A stretch of 64,000 nucleotides of DNA. Origin: an uncultured Chloroflexia bacterium. Lineage in GTDB: Bacteria; Chloroflexota; Dehalococcoidia; SM23-28-2. A program made the translations under genes and the position numbers. The DNA is taken from positions 2,263,709 through 2,327,708 of the forward strand of contig OY969584.1 of NCBI GenBank assembly GCA_963701285.1. Reading direction: 5' to 3'. Every line of letters starts with the position of its first letter. Position 1 is the stretch's first letter. The notes under the pieces are model-generated. The model did not search any database. It worked only from the letters and a program-made list of their open reading frames with translations, and was not told the DNA's origin. Below, piece by piece: positions 26,672 to 36,016 of this stretch.

Positions 26672-28192
26672 CTATCCACACCCAGCCTGTGCTTCCGCCC
26701 GCTCTCGTAGCTCGCGACGGGCCAGCGCCAGCGCTTCCTCGCGCGTACGGACGTCACCCGCGCCCTGCGCTTCCTCCACGATCGCCAGGAGCTGCCCCAC
26801 CAGCGGCCCCGGCGACAGACCCAGCGCCTCCATCAGGTCGTGGCCCGTCAGCAGGCGGGGCGGCGTCGCCAGCGTCTCGTCGGCCGAGCGTTGGGTCAGG
26901 AAGTACTTCACCACCGCCACGTGCCCCTGCCAGCCACCCCACTCCACCCGCGGGCCCACGGTGGCCAGGTGATCGGCCAGGCTCAAGAAGAGCACGTCGA
27001 TCGCGGCGTCGCCGCAGTCCCGGAAGTAGCGAAACAGGGCCCGGCGCGAGGGCGGGCCGTCCTGGGCTATCTGGAGAGGGCGCAGGTGCTCGCGCACCAT
27101 GGCCTCCACCAGGCGAACCTCCACGCCGGGGAACCGTAGGCGGCGCATGATGGCCCCCGCCTTGGTCGCCCCTTCGCGGGCATGACCGAAGAACCGCATA
27201 CGGCCCGTTTCGTCGATCGTGCGCGTTTCGGGCTTGGCGATGTCGTGCAGCAGACCCCCCAGCTTCAGCAGACCGACGCGACCGTGGCCGGGCGAGGCCT
27301 CCTCCGCGAAGTGCTCCTCCACCATCGGTAGGTCCTTCAGCTCCGCCCAAACGTGGCGCCAGAGCGGCGCCCAGTGGCGGTCGGCCGGCTCGTCGTGGCC
27401 CAGGAGGATGTCCAGAGCCGCCACCGCCTCCAGGGTGTGCTGGAAGACATCCCAGTGATGCTCCGGCGGCTGCGTCTCCCCCCGGGTGCCCGTCACTTCC
27501 GGCAAGAGTTGCCCCAGCAGGCCCAGCTCATCGGCCAGGCGCAGGCCGACGGCCCCCCGCGGCGAGCCCAGGATGCGCAGCAGCTCGTCCCGCTGGCGCT
27601 CTGGCGCCGCCTGAGCAAGCAGCGGTGCGTCCCGGCGTACTAGGGCGGCCGTCTCCGGCGCCAGCGAGAAGTCCAGCTCGGCGCAGTGACGCACCGCCCG
27701 CAGAAGCCGCAGAGGGTCGCGGTGAAAGATGTCCTCGCTCAGCGCCCGCACCAGCCGTCGCTCCAGGTCGCGCTGGCCGCCGCAGGGGTCGATCAGGGGC
27801 CTGCGCTTCCCTTCCACGAAGGGCGCCAGGGGCATGGCCATGGCGTTGATGGAGAAATCGCGCTGCGCCAGGTCACTTTCCACGTCGCCGCGCACCGGAA
27901 GAAGGTCGATGCTGTGCAATCCGCTCTCGTCCCGCAGGACCACGCGTGCGATGCTGAACTCCTCGTGCAGGGGGACGAAGCTGCCGCCCAGAGCGTCGGC
28001 CAAGCGACGCCCCAGGTCCAGCGGGTCGGCTGTCACCGAGAGGTCGATGTCGTGGGCCGGGCGGCCCAGCAGAGCGTCGCGCAGAAAGCCACCCGCCACG
28101 TACGCCTCGACGCCTTCGGCATCAAGAAACGTGTGCACGGCGGCCAGCGTCGCCCGCTGCCGAACGTTGAGGTCTCGCTTCTTCCCTGCCAC
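26672..28192 (-). CDS. cca: CCA tRNA nucleotidyltransferase with HD domain
   Basis: Pol-beta nucleotidyltransferase head (GGFLRDALLGRPAHDIDL) plus an HD phosphohydrolase domain (LLHDIAKPET). 506 aa. Confidence 0.85.
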   Translation of the reverse strand: MAGKKRDLNVRQRATLAAVHTFLDAEGVEAYVAGGFLRDALLGRPAHDIDLSVTADPLDLGRRLADALGGSFVPLHEEFSIARVVLRDESGLHSIDLLPVRGDVESDLAQRDFSINAMAMPLAPFVEGKRRPLIDPCGGQRDLERRLVRALSEDIFHRDPLRLLRAVRHCAELDFSLAPETAALVRRDAPLLAQAAPERQRDELLRILGSPRGAVGLRLADELGLLGQLLPEVTGTRGETQPPEHHWDVFQHTLEAVAALDILLGHDEPADRHWAPLWRHVWAELKDLPMVEEHFAEEASPGHGRVGLLKLGGLLHDIAKPETRTIDETGRMRFFGHAREGATKAGAIMRRLRFPGVEVRLVEAMVREHLRPLQIAQDGPPSRRALFRYFRDCGDAAIDVLFLSLADHLATVGPRVEWGGWQGHVAVVKYFLTQRSADETLATPPRLLTGHDLMEALGLSPGPLVGQLLAIVEEAQGAGDVRTREEALALARRELRERAEAQAGCG

Positions 28193-28228
28193 CTTCGCCG
28201 CCGGCCTCAGCCTCCGGTGGAGGCAGGC

Positions 28229-28747
28229 TCAGGGGTCGGCGGCCACCTCCTCCTCTTCGTCACCGGGCACCGGCTCTATCTTCATCAGCTCGTCCGGGCT
28301 CTCCAGGTGGTCGATGTAGAGGACGCCGTTGATGTGGTCGATCTCGTGCTCGAGGGCGTGGGCCAGGAGGTCGTCCTTGGCCTTGACGCGAACTGGCCGC
28401 CCCTGGCGATCCAGCCCCTTCACCACTACACTCTCCGAGCGCGTCACCTCCGCTCGATAGCCGGGAACGGACAGGCAGCCCTCGTCCAGCCGCCGCTGGC
28501 CCGAGCGCTTGACGATCTCCGGGTTGACCAGGGCGACGACCTCCTCGTCCGGTACCTCGATAACGATGACCCGCAGGGAGACCCCGATCTGGGGCGCCGC
28601 CAGGCCCACCCCGTTGGCCTCCCGCATGGAGTCGATCATGTCGTCCATGAGGCGCAGGATGGAGGCGTCCACCTGGGGCACGCGCTTGGCCCGCCGGCGT
28701 AGGACAGGGTCGCCCAGTAGCCTTATGGGACGAACGGCCAAAGCCAA
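28229..28747 (-). CDS. def: peptide deformylase
   Basis: Motifs GVGLAAPQIG, EGCLSVPG and HEIDHINGVLYID (HExxH) are all present. Confidence 0.9.
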   Translation of the reverse strand: MALAVRPIRLLGDPVLRRRAKRVPQVDASILRLMDDMIDSMREANGVGLAAPQIGVSLRVIVIEVPDEEVVALVNPEIVKRSGQRRLDEGCLSVPGYRAEVTRSESVVVKGLDRQGRPVRVKAKDDLLAHALEHEIDHINGVLYIDHLESPDELMKIEPVPGDEEEEVAADP

Positions 28748-28888
28748 GACCTCCCGACGAAAAAGTCAAGGTTCGCCACATATTCTACCCTTCTCACTGC
28801 AGATATGGAAACGCCTGCCGGCAGGCAGGGATGCACGGATATCGCGGTCACCTCCATCCGTTCATCCGCTTCGAATCCGTTGTGAGCT

Positions 28889-31411
28889 TCAAAGCAGGCT
28901 CACCGGATCGATGTCCACTGTCCAGGCCTGGGGCAAAGAGAGCGCGCCCAGGAGCTCCGCCGGGTCGCCGCCGCGCAGGGTGATCTGCCAGCGATAGCGC
29001 CCTCGCACTCTCGGCACCAGCGCCGGCGCCGGCCCCAGCACGTCCAGGTTCGCGATGCCCCGCACATCGCGCTCGCGGCGGAGCGCAGCCGCCAACTGCA
29101 GCGCCTTTTCCTGGGCTAGCGCCGCGTTCGTATGACCGAACACCAATCGGGCTAGCCGCCCGAACGGGGGATAGCCCAGGCGCCGGCGTAAGTTGACCTC
29201 GTGCTCGTAGAAGGCGGCGTAGTCGTGGCGGGCGGCGGCCTCGATGGCGTAGTGATGGGGGGTGTAGGTCTGGATGATGACTCGCCCGCCCCGCGGGCCG
29301 CGACCGGCGCGTCCCGCCACCTGCTCCAGCAGCTGGAACGTTCGCTCGCCGCTGCGATAGTCGGGCAGGTTCAGGCCCACGTCGGCGGAGATGACGCCCA
29401 CCAGCGTCACAGCCGGCATGTCCAGCCCTTTGGCGATCATCTGAGTTCCGATGAGAATGTCGGCGTCGTGGGCCAGAAAACGCGCCAGGATGCGCTCGTG
29501 CGAGCCCCGCCGCCGCGTCACGTCGCGGTCCCAGCGTAGGAGGCGAGCGCCGGGGAAGGCGTAGGTCGCCTCCTCCTCCACCTTCTCGGTGCCAATCCCC
29601 AGGAACCGGATGCGCGCGCTCTGACACTGAGGGCAGCGCTCCGGCAGGCGGCGGCCGCGATGGCAGTGGTGGCAAACCAGGCGCTCCTCCGCCGCGTGAT
29701 AGGTCAGGGAAACGGCGCAGGCGGAGCAGGTGGGAACGTAGCCGCAGTCGCGGCACTGGACGAAGGAAGCGGCCCCCCGGCGGTTGAGGAAGAGGATGAC
29801 CTGCTCGTGCGCGCCCACAGCCTCGGCCACGGCTCGCCCCAGCGAGCGGCTGAAGATGCTGCGGTTGCCCGCCTTCAGCTCGCGGCGCAGGTCCACCACC
29901 TCCACCGCCGGCAACGGCCGGACGACACAAGACTCCCCGCCCTCGCTGGCGGCAGCCGGAGGCTGATCCGCCTCGGCCAGAGGCTGCACCCGCTCCCGCA
30001 ACTCCAGGACGCGATAGCGGCCGACCCTGGCCTTGTGGTAGCTCTCCAGGTCGGGGGTGGCGCTGCCAAGCACCAGGACGGCGCCGGTCAGCTCGGCCAG
30101 CTTCTCGGCTACGGCGCGGGCATGGTAGCGAGGCGCCGGCTCCTCCTGCTTGTACGTCCACTCGTGCTCCTCGTCCACCACGATCAGCCCCAGGTCGGGT
30201 TGCGGCGCGAAGACGGCGCTGCGCGCACCGACGACCACGGCGTAGTGCCCGTCGCGGATGCGCCGCCACTGGTCGAACTGCTGGCCGAGGGAGAGAGCGC
30301 TGTGCATGACGGCCACCTGGCCGGGAAAGCGCTCGGCGAAGCGCCGTATCGTCTGCGGAGTGAGGGATATCTCCGGCACCAGGACGATGGCCCGCCGGCC
30401 CAGAGCGATCGTGCGCTCCAGCGCCTGCAGGTAGACCTCCGTCTTGCCGCTGCCGGTGACGCCGTAGAGCAAGAAGACCGGCGCCGCCTCGCCCTCGCGC
30501 CCTTCCAGGGCAACCGCTATCTCTCGGTAGGCCGCCTCCTGGGCCGACGTGAGCAGCGGCGGCTCGCGCGGCGAGACCTCCAGGTCGGCCAGAGGGTCCC
30601 GCTCCACCTCCACGTCCTCGACCGCCACCAACCCTCGCTCCACGAGCTCGCGCAGCCCCGCCTGGCCGATCCTGGTCTCGGCCCGCAGCCTGGCCAGGGG
30701 CAGCGGCGAGCCCTCACCGGCCAGAGAGTTGAGGACCGCCGCCATCGGCCCCCGCCGCGCTCTTGACCGTCGGCCGCCCTCGCAATCGGCGCGCAGCAGG
30801 CCCGTCGCCGCCTCGGCTCTGGCGGCTTCGCGCTCCACCAGTAGGCGGACGTGGGGCACCACCTTCGCACGCACCTTCGGTCGCCCCAGCTCATAGCGAC
30901 GCTCCACCAGGCCCCGGCCGACGAGCTGATCCACCAGCCCGCCCAGGCTGCGCAGGCCGGCCTCGCGGCGCAGCTCCTCCTGCTCGACCTCGCCGCGGCC
31001 GACCAGCGCCTCCAGCGCCTGGCGCTGCCGCGGCGTCAGGTCCAGCGCTGCAATGGCCTCGCGCGCCACCAGCGGCCGCAGCTGGGTCAGTGGCTTGCGA
31101 CGGAAGCCGGGCGGGAGCATGAGGGCGACGCAATCGAAGATGGGAGCCAGGTAATGGTCGCTGATCCAGCGGGCCAGAGCGGCCCGCTCGGGCGAGAGGA
31201 GAGGCCGGCCATCCATAGCGGCGGTGATGTCCCGCGTCTCGGGAAAGCGCGGCTCTTCGCTGACCTCCAGCACCACCCCCTGCAGGGTGCGGCTGCCGAA
31301 GGGCACGTAGACCGCCTGGCCCACCGCCACGCTGAGACCATTGGGGAGGGAGTAGGTGAAGGTGCGACGATGAGGCGCAGTGGAGTTGACGGCTACTTCG
31401 GCGAAGGGCAT
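28889..31411 (-). CDS. priA: primosomal protein N' (replication restart helicase PriA)
   Basis: DEXH helicase Walker A LLYGVTGSGKTEVY and a Cys-rich zinc-binding insertion CRDCGYVPTCSACAVSLTYH...CHHCH...CPQC. The ATG start at 31411 gives MPFAEVAVNS. The track ORF extends to a GTG at 31444. Confidence 0.9.
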   Translation of the reverse strand: MPFAEVAVNSTAPHRRTFTYSLPNGLSVAVGQAVYVPFGSRTLQGVVLEVSEEPRFPETRDITAAMDGRPLLSPERAALARWISDHYLAPIFDCVALMLPPGFRRKPLTQLRPLVAREAIAALDLTPRQRQALEALVGRGEVEQEELRREAGLRSLGGLVDQLVGRGLVERRYELGRPKVRAKVVPHVRLLVEREAARAEAATGLLRADCEGGRRSRARRGPMAAVLNSLAGEGSPLPLARLRAETRIGQAGLRELVERGLVAVEDVEVERDPLADLEVSPREPPLLTSAQEAAYREIAVALEGREGEAAPVFLLYGVTGSGKTEVYLQALERTIALGRRAIVLVPEISLTPQTIRRFAERFPGQVAVMHSALSLGQQFDQWRRIRDGHYAVVVGARSAVFAPQPDLGLIVVDEEHEWTYKQEEPAPRYHARAVAEKLAELTGAVLVLGSATPDLESYHKARVGRYRVLELRERVQPLAEADQPPAAASEGGESCVVRPLPAVEVVDLRRELKAGNRSIFSRSLGRAVAEAVGAHEQVILFLNRRGAASFVQCRDCGYVPTCSACAVSLTYHAAEERLVCHHCHRGRRLPERCPQCQSARIRFLGIGTEKVEEEATYAFPGARLLRWDRDVTRRRGSHERILARFLAHDADILIGTQMIAKGLDMPAVTLVGVISADVGLNLPDYRSGERTFQLLEQVAGRAGRGPRGGRVIIQTYTPHHYAIEAAARHDYAAFYEHEVNLRRRLGYPPFGRLARLVFGHTNAALAQEKALQLAAALRRERDVRGIANLDVLGPAPALVPRVRGRYRWQITLRGGDPAELLGALSLPQAWTVDIDPVSLL

Positions 31412-31533
31412 GGCGCGGACACCCGAGGCCAATATATCACCCACCGCCAGCAGATCGAAGCGAGGGCTGGCACCGCAGCCCTCGCCTGCCTCGCCGCCCC
31501 GCCTCAGGCGGGCCTACTCTTCTTCCTCTTCCT
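31401..31533. repeat. diverged direct repeat A, a copy of the priA-5' / rplS-3' intergenic segment (pairs with 32497-32612)
   Basis: About 85% identity to copy B. Copy A carries the real priA start and a remnant of the rplS poly-Glu end plus stop (ctactcttcttcctcttcctc, which is the reverse complement of GAGGAAGAGGAAGAAGAGTAG). Confidence 0.7.
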
Positions 31534-31685
31534 CGTTTATTTGGAGCACGACTAGGCGGACCTTGTGGCACGGATGGCGAATGTCACCCCTGGGCGGTGA
31601 CGAACCAGACGATGGCGTCGGCTAGGAGGGGGCGCGGGCGAATTCGAGTCAATCCGTAGGCTTCCACGCACTTACCGTTGAAGCA

Positions 31686-32393
31686 TCATTCAGTGCCAAA
31701 AAAGCGAGCGCGGCCTCCGGCCATTCCCTGCAGCATCCTCGCTCGGAAGTCAGTGGCCGAGAGGGGGCTGAGTCCTACCCGGCCTCGAACATCATTGAAA
31801 ACTTCATGAACAATAGCGAGCCAAGGGTCACCAGACAGTCCAGCGTGCTGTATCAAGCTGTTCAGTGCCCTAACTGCAGCCAAAACGGTCACCTCTTCAG
31901 CCCCGTCCAGCGATGACATTCGTTCATTCACATCAATGCTGGGATTATCCACCCAGTCTCTCAGGCAAGCTAGCTGCAGTCGTGCCCTGGCAATTATCAC
32001 GGTCAAAGACTCGGTGGCCAAACTGTAAACTTCAAGAGCTTGTTTAGGTAGGCCAGAAACATCAAATGCTTGATGCTCCGAGAGCATTTCCTCCGTAATT
32101 GCAACCTTCTTCTCAGACGCAGGCAAAGCATACTTGGCTACCAGTGACGGATTCTGAAACAGACCCTTTGGGCGGTTAAATATCTCGTCTCCTCGTTCGA
32201 TTGTTTCCGCCGCTAGCGCGTACCCATCGTTATACGTTTCCATTGCCAATTGCTGGAGCGCGATTTGAGTTTGAAGATGGCGCATGAGACGAACAGCTTG
32301 GACTTTGTCTTTCCCACGTAATTTCCTACTCAGTAGCCACGGCATCACTGATTCCCTCTGGCTACTCGCCGCCTTTTCTAACAGGGCTCCCAT
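31686..32393 (-). CDS. hypothetical protein encoded on a low-GC islet (alternative start 32345, MPWLL..., with a GAGGGA RBS)
   Basis: 235-aa ORF with about 50% GC against a roughly 68% background. No known domain. It sits between the two copies of the duplicated priA-rplS intergenic region. Confidence 0.55.
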   Translation of the reverse strand: MGALLEKAASSQRESVMPWLLSRKLRGKDKVQAVRLMRHLQTQIALQQLAMETYNDGYALAAETIERGDEIFNRPKGLFQNPSLVAKYALPASEKKVAITEEMLSEHQAFDVSGLPKQALEVYSLATESLTVIIARARLQLACLRDWVDNPSIDVNERMSSLDGAEEVTVLAAVRALNSLIQHAGLSGDPWLAIVHEVFNDVRGRVGLSPLSATDFRARMLQGMAGGRARFFGTE

Positions 32394-32496
32394 TTTCTCT
32401 GCCGAATCCTAGCTCGCAGGCGCCACGGTTGGCAAGGGAACCGACTATGCAGCCACTCGTACCCTAAGGGTGGAGCGATGTGTGAGGGTTCATTCT

Positions 32497-32612
32497 GCGA
32501 AGGGCACAGCCCCAATATATCACCCGCCATCCACAGATCGAAACGAGGGCTGTCATCGCAGCCCTCGCCGGTTTGCCCGCCAGGCGAACGCGCCTACTCT
32601 TCTTCTTCTTCC
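32497..32612. repeat. direct repeat B (native rplS 3' end and downstream region; contains a degenerate priA start remnant GTGCCCTTCGCAGAATGA)
   Basis: Aligns to 31401-31533. It includes the rplS terminator-like hairpin gcgagggctg...cagccctcgc. Confidence 0.7.
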
Positions 32613-33037
32613 TCCTCTTCTTCCTCCCCTTCCTCCTCCTCTTCCTCCTCCTCTTCTTCCCGCTCCTCCTCGCCCTTCGCCACCGGCTCGGCCAGCGCCC
32701 GCCGCTTTTCCTTGATGCGAGCCGCCTTGCCCGTCAGCCCCCGCAGGTAGTAGAGCTTGGCCCGCCGGACGCGGCCAGCGCGCCGCACCTCCACCTTCTC
32801 AAGCCGCGGCGAGTGCAAGAGGAATGTCCGCTCCACCCCTACGCCGTGGCTGATGCGCCGCACGGTGAAGTTGGAGTTGCCTCCTCCCCGCCGCAGTCGG
32901 ATCACAACGCCCTCGAAGGTCTGGGTGCGCTCGCGGTCACCCTCCACCACCTTGGCGCTCACCCGAACGGTGTCACCCGGGCGGAACGGCTTGATGTCGG
33001 AGCGTTCCTTCAGTTCGACCAACGATTTCAGGTCCAT
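32594..33037 (-). CDS. rplS: 50S ribosomal protein L19 with a roughly 33-residue poly-Glu C-terminal tail
   Basis: [52 protein letters not shown] is canonical L19. The C-terminus [25 protein letters not shown] is encoded by (GAG/GAA)n. Confidence 0.9.
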   Translation of the reverse strand: MDLKSLVELKERSDIKPFRPGDTVRVSAKVVEGDRERTQTFEGVVIRLRRGGGNSNFTVRRISHGVGVERTFLLHSPRLEKVEVRRAGRVRRAKLYYLRGLTGKAARIKEKRRALAEPVAKGEEEREEEEEEEEEEGEEEEEEEEEE

Positions 33038-33060
33038 GGCAACTGTCCTACAGTGAACTA

Positions 33061-33792
33061 CTATTTGGGCAGCATCGTCAATAGCCAGCGCCGCTCTTCT
33101 TCCGTCAAGTCGGCCTGAGCCAGAAGGTCGGGGCGCCGACGGGCGGTGCGCAGCAGGCTCTCGCGGCGGCGCCAGCGGGCGATCTCCCGGTGGTTGCCCG
33201 AAAGGAGCACCTCCGGCACCGTCCGGCCGCGGAACTCCGCCGGGCGGGTGTACTGGGGGTACTCCAGCAGACCCCCAGCGAATGACTCTTCGACCGAGGC
33301 GTCGGGCGAGCCCAACGCGCCGGGGAGCTCCCGCACGACCGCGTCGGCCACCACCATCGCCGGCAGCTCGCCCCCCGAGAGCACGTAGTCGCCGATGCTC
33401 ACCTCATCAGTCGCCAGGTGCTCGTGCACGCGCGCGTCCACGCCTTCGTAGTGCCCGCACACCAGAACCAGGCGCGCCTCGTGCGCGAGCTCCACCGCCA
33501 CCTCCTGCCGGAACAGCCGCCCTTGCGGCGTCAACAGCACGACCGGCCCTCGCTCCGGCGTCTGGGCGAGAACCGCCTCGACGGCGGCAAACAGCGGCTC
33601 GGGCGTCATCACCATGCCCGGCCCGCCGCCATAGGGGTAATCGTCCACGCTGTGATGTCGATCGGTGGCCCACCCGCGGATATCGTGGATGTGGATCTCC
33701 ACGAGCCCCTTCTCCACAGCCCGCTTCACGATGCTTTCGTCGAAGGGGCCCCGGAACATGCCCGGGAAGATGGTCAGGATATCGATGCGCAT
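33061..33792 (-). CDS. trmD: tRNA (guanine37-N1)-methyltransferase
   Basis: [13 protein letters not shown]...[14 protein letters not shown]-class TrmD signature. It is in the conserved rplS-trmD linkage. Confidence 0.9.
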   Translation of the reverse strand: MRIDILTIFPGMFRGPFDESIVKRAVEKGLVEIHIHDIRGWATDRHHSVDDYPYGGGPGMVMTPEPLFAAVEAVLAQTPERGPVVLLTPQGRLFRQEVAVELAHEARLVLVCGHYEGVDARVHEHLATDEVSIGDYVLSGGELPAMVVADAVVRELPGALGSPDASVEESFAGGLLEYPQYTRPAEFRGRTVPEVLLSGNHREIARWRRRESLLRTARRRPDLLAQADLTEEERRWLLTMLPK

Positions 33793-33876
33793 CTCACTGT
33801 CATCCGTCGCGGTTCGAAGGCTTCCGTAGGGGCAGTTCGCGAACCGCCCCTACACCCGGATCCCACCCGCGTCGAG

Positions 33877-34417
33877 TCATTCTCTTCCTGACATCTCTCC
33901 GCCCGCCGGCTCGACCCCTCTCGGCGTCGCCACGTGGTCCCCCACCTCACCCCGCAGGGTCTCGATGGCGTGAGGCAGCACCGGCAGGAGCTGGGCCAGG
34001 TTCTGGCGAACCGCCCGCTCGCTGCCCGGCAAGTTCACGATTAGCGTGCGGCCGCGCAGGCCCGCCACGGCCCGGCTGAGCATTCCCATCGGTGTACGCT
34101 TCAGGCTCTCCTGGCGCATGGCCTCGGCCATGCCCGGCACCTGCCGATCGATGACCGCCAACGTGGCTTCCGGGGTCACGTCGCGGGGCGAGAGGCCGGT
34201 ACCGCCGCTGGTGAGGATCAGGTCGAGTCGCTCCTCATCGGCCCAGGCGCGCAGTCGGCCGGCGACGACCTCCTGCTCGTCGGGCACCACCTCATAGCAC
34301 TCCACCTGCGCGTCCAGGCCAGCCAGCAACTCGCGGATGGCGCCGCTGCTGGTATCGAACGCGCTGGCCGCGCGCCGCCTTGTCGCTGACGGTGAGGATG
34401 CCCACGCGAATGCTCAT
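33877..34417 (-). CDS. moaB: molybdenum cofactor biosynthesis protein B (MoaB/MogA family), reading frame interrupted by a 1-nt indel near 34358-34365
   Basis: The N-terminus MSIRVGILTVSDKAARGQR lies in ORF 34292-34663. The remainder, ...FDTSSGAIRELLAGLDAQVECYEVVPDE...LILTSGGTGLSPRDVTPEA, lies in ORF 33877-34329 in another frame. A single extra G in cagcgcGttcgat accounts for the shift. Confidence 0.75.
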
Positions 34418-34463
34418 GCCGCTCCGTCTCAAGATTTCGTCCCTAAAATGCCGCTGCGCCTGC

Positions 34464-34491
34464 TTGACAAAACTGGACGCAATGGTATCAT
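34464..34491 (+). promoter_or_regulatory. dcw-cluster promoter (TTGACA-16-TATCAT) upstream of mraZ
   Basis: cTTGACAaaactggacgcaatggTATCATg, about 140 nt upstream of the mraZ start. Confidence 0.55.
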
Positions 34492-34492
34492 G

Positions 34493-34527
34493 TGGGGCGA
34501 ACGGGGATGGAGTGGGGAAAAGTGGGG
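34493..34527 (+). promoter_or_regulatory. putative MraZ operator: four TGGGG-like direct repeats with 10-bp spacing
   Basis: gTGGGGcgaacGGGGAtggagTGGGGaaaagTGGGGcag, immediately downstream of the -10 hexamer. MraZ is known to bind spaced TGGGN direct repeats in its own promoter. Confidence 0.5.
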
Positions 34528-34634
34528 CAGCCCCTTTCCCCACCTCCTCTTCTCTGGCCCACCGATCATAGCACAGGTAGCGCTCTAGGAGAATGCCTGT
34601 CTGCGACCGTGGGGCCGCCGGGACGCGAAATCTT

Positions 34635-35060
34635 ATGACACTGGGCGAAGAGTTCTGGGGCATTTACGATCTCACCGTGGACGATCGCGGCCGCCTGGCC
34701 GTGCCCGCCCGCTATCGCCACCTGTTCGAACGAGGGGCCATGGTGGTGCTGGGCGCTGACGGCCAGGCTGAGCTCTGGACGATGGAAGGATACAGCACCT
34801 CCTCCCTGGAGTACACCGAAGAATCCATGACCACCGCCGAGGGCCGCGACCTGCGTCGCCAGCGCTTCGCCTTCGCTTGGGACGCGCAGCTGGACCGCCA
34901 GGGACGCGTTCTCGTCCCCATCAAGCTCCGCGAAAAGGCCGCCCTGGACGGCTCGGTGGTCGTCAGCGGCCGCGGCGAGTGTCTGGAGATCTGGAACCCC
35001 CAGCGCTGGGCGGAGACAGAGTCCCGACTAGCCCAGGGCCGCTCTGGCGAGCCCAGGTAG
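34635..35060 (+). CDS. mraZ: transcriptional regulator MraZ
   Basis: Two MraZ/SpoVT-AbrB-like halves (DDRGRLAVPARYR and DRQGRVLVPIKLREKAAL). Start is MTLGEEFWG at 34635; the track ORF starts at 34593. Confidence 0.8.
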   Translation: MTLGEEFWGIYDLTVDDRGRLAVPARYRHLFERGAMVVLGADGQAELWTMEGYSTSSLEYTEESMTTAEGRDLRRQRFAFAWDAQLDRQGRVLVPIKLREKAALDGSVVVSGRGECLEIWNPQRWAETESRLAQGRSGEPR

Positions 35061-35075
35061 CGAGGACGAGAGGCG

Positions 35076-36014
35076 GTGAGCGTCATCTCTCGGCCCACAC
35101 TCGGCCACACATCGGTGATGGTCGACGAGGTGCTGCACAGCCTGGCAGTGCAGCCCGGCGGCCGCTACGTTGACTGCACACTAGGGGGAGCCGGCCACGC
35201 CGAGGCCGTGCTTGAAGCCGCCTCGCCCGGCGGTCTGCTCCTTGGAATCGACGCCGATCCCAACGCCCTGCGCCTGGCCAGCGCCCGCCTGGCCCGCTTC
35301 GGCGACGCCACCGTCCTGGTGGAGGGCAACTTCCGTGACCTGGCTGCCATCTGTCGCGCCCGCGGCTTCGCTCCCGTGCACGGCGTGCTATTCGACCTCG
35401 GCCTCTCTTCCCTCCAGCTCTCCGACGAGGCGCGCGGCTTCAGCTTCCAGACCGAGGCGCCCCTGGACATGCGCTTCAGCCCCCAGCAGGCCCTCACTGC
35501 CGCCGACATCGTCAACGGCTACCCGGAGCAGGAGCTGGCCGCCATCCTCTGGCGCTACGGCGAGGAACGCCACGCCCGCGCCATCGCCCGCCGCATCGTG
35601 CGCCAGCGGCCGCTGGCCACGACTCTGGATCTGGCCCGCGTGGTCGAGCAAGCGGTGCGCGGCGAGCGCTCCCACATCCACCCGGCGACCCGCAGCTTTC
35701 AGGCCATTCGCATCGCCGTCAACGCCGAGCTCGAGAACCTGACCCTCGCCCTGGGCCAGGCGCGGGAGCTTCTGGGCTATGCCGGCCGCCTGGTGGTCAT
35801 CAGCTACCATTCGCTCGAAGACGCCATCGTCAAGAATTTCTTCCGTGCCGAGGCGCGAGACTGCATCTGCCCGCCCGACATCCCTGTCTGCGTTTGCGGC
35901 CACACGGCCACCCTGCGTCTGGTCACCCGCGGCGCCCTCCGCCCCCAGTCCGCCGAGGTGGCCGTCAACCCCCGCGGCCGGAGCGCCCGTCTCCGCGCCG
36001 CCGAGAGGATCTGA
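35076..36014 (+). CDS. rsmH: 16S rRNA (cytosine1402-N4)-methyltransferase RsmH (MraW)
   Basis: GHTSVMVDEVL...YVDCTLGGAGHAEAVLE...FDLGLSSLQL SAM-methyltransferase motifs. It is in the conserved position after mraZ. Confidence 0.9.
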   Translation: MSVISRPTLGHTSVMVDEVLHSLAVQPGGRYVDCTLGGAGHAEAVLEAASPGGLLLGIDADPNALRLASARLARFGDATVLVEGNFRDLAAICRARGFAPVHGVLFDLGLSSLQLSDEARGFSFQTEAPLDMRFSPQQALTAADIVNGYPEQELAAILWRYGEERHARAIARRIVRQRPLATTLDLARVVEQAVRGERSHIHPATRSFQAIRIAVNAELENLTLALGQARELLGYAGRLVVISYHSLEDAIVKNFFRAEARDCICPPDIPVCVCGHTATLRLVTRGALRPQSAEVAVNPRGRSARLRAAERI

Positions 36015-36016
36015 GC

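Noticed and set aside
31534-32496. Integrase or transposase associated with the low-GC islet.
   Set aside because: The islet holds a single 235-aa ORF with no recombinase motifs (no tyrosine-recombinase R-H-R-Y and no DDE). No IS-like terminal inverted repeats beyond the 130-bp duplicated host segment were seen.
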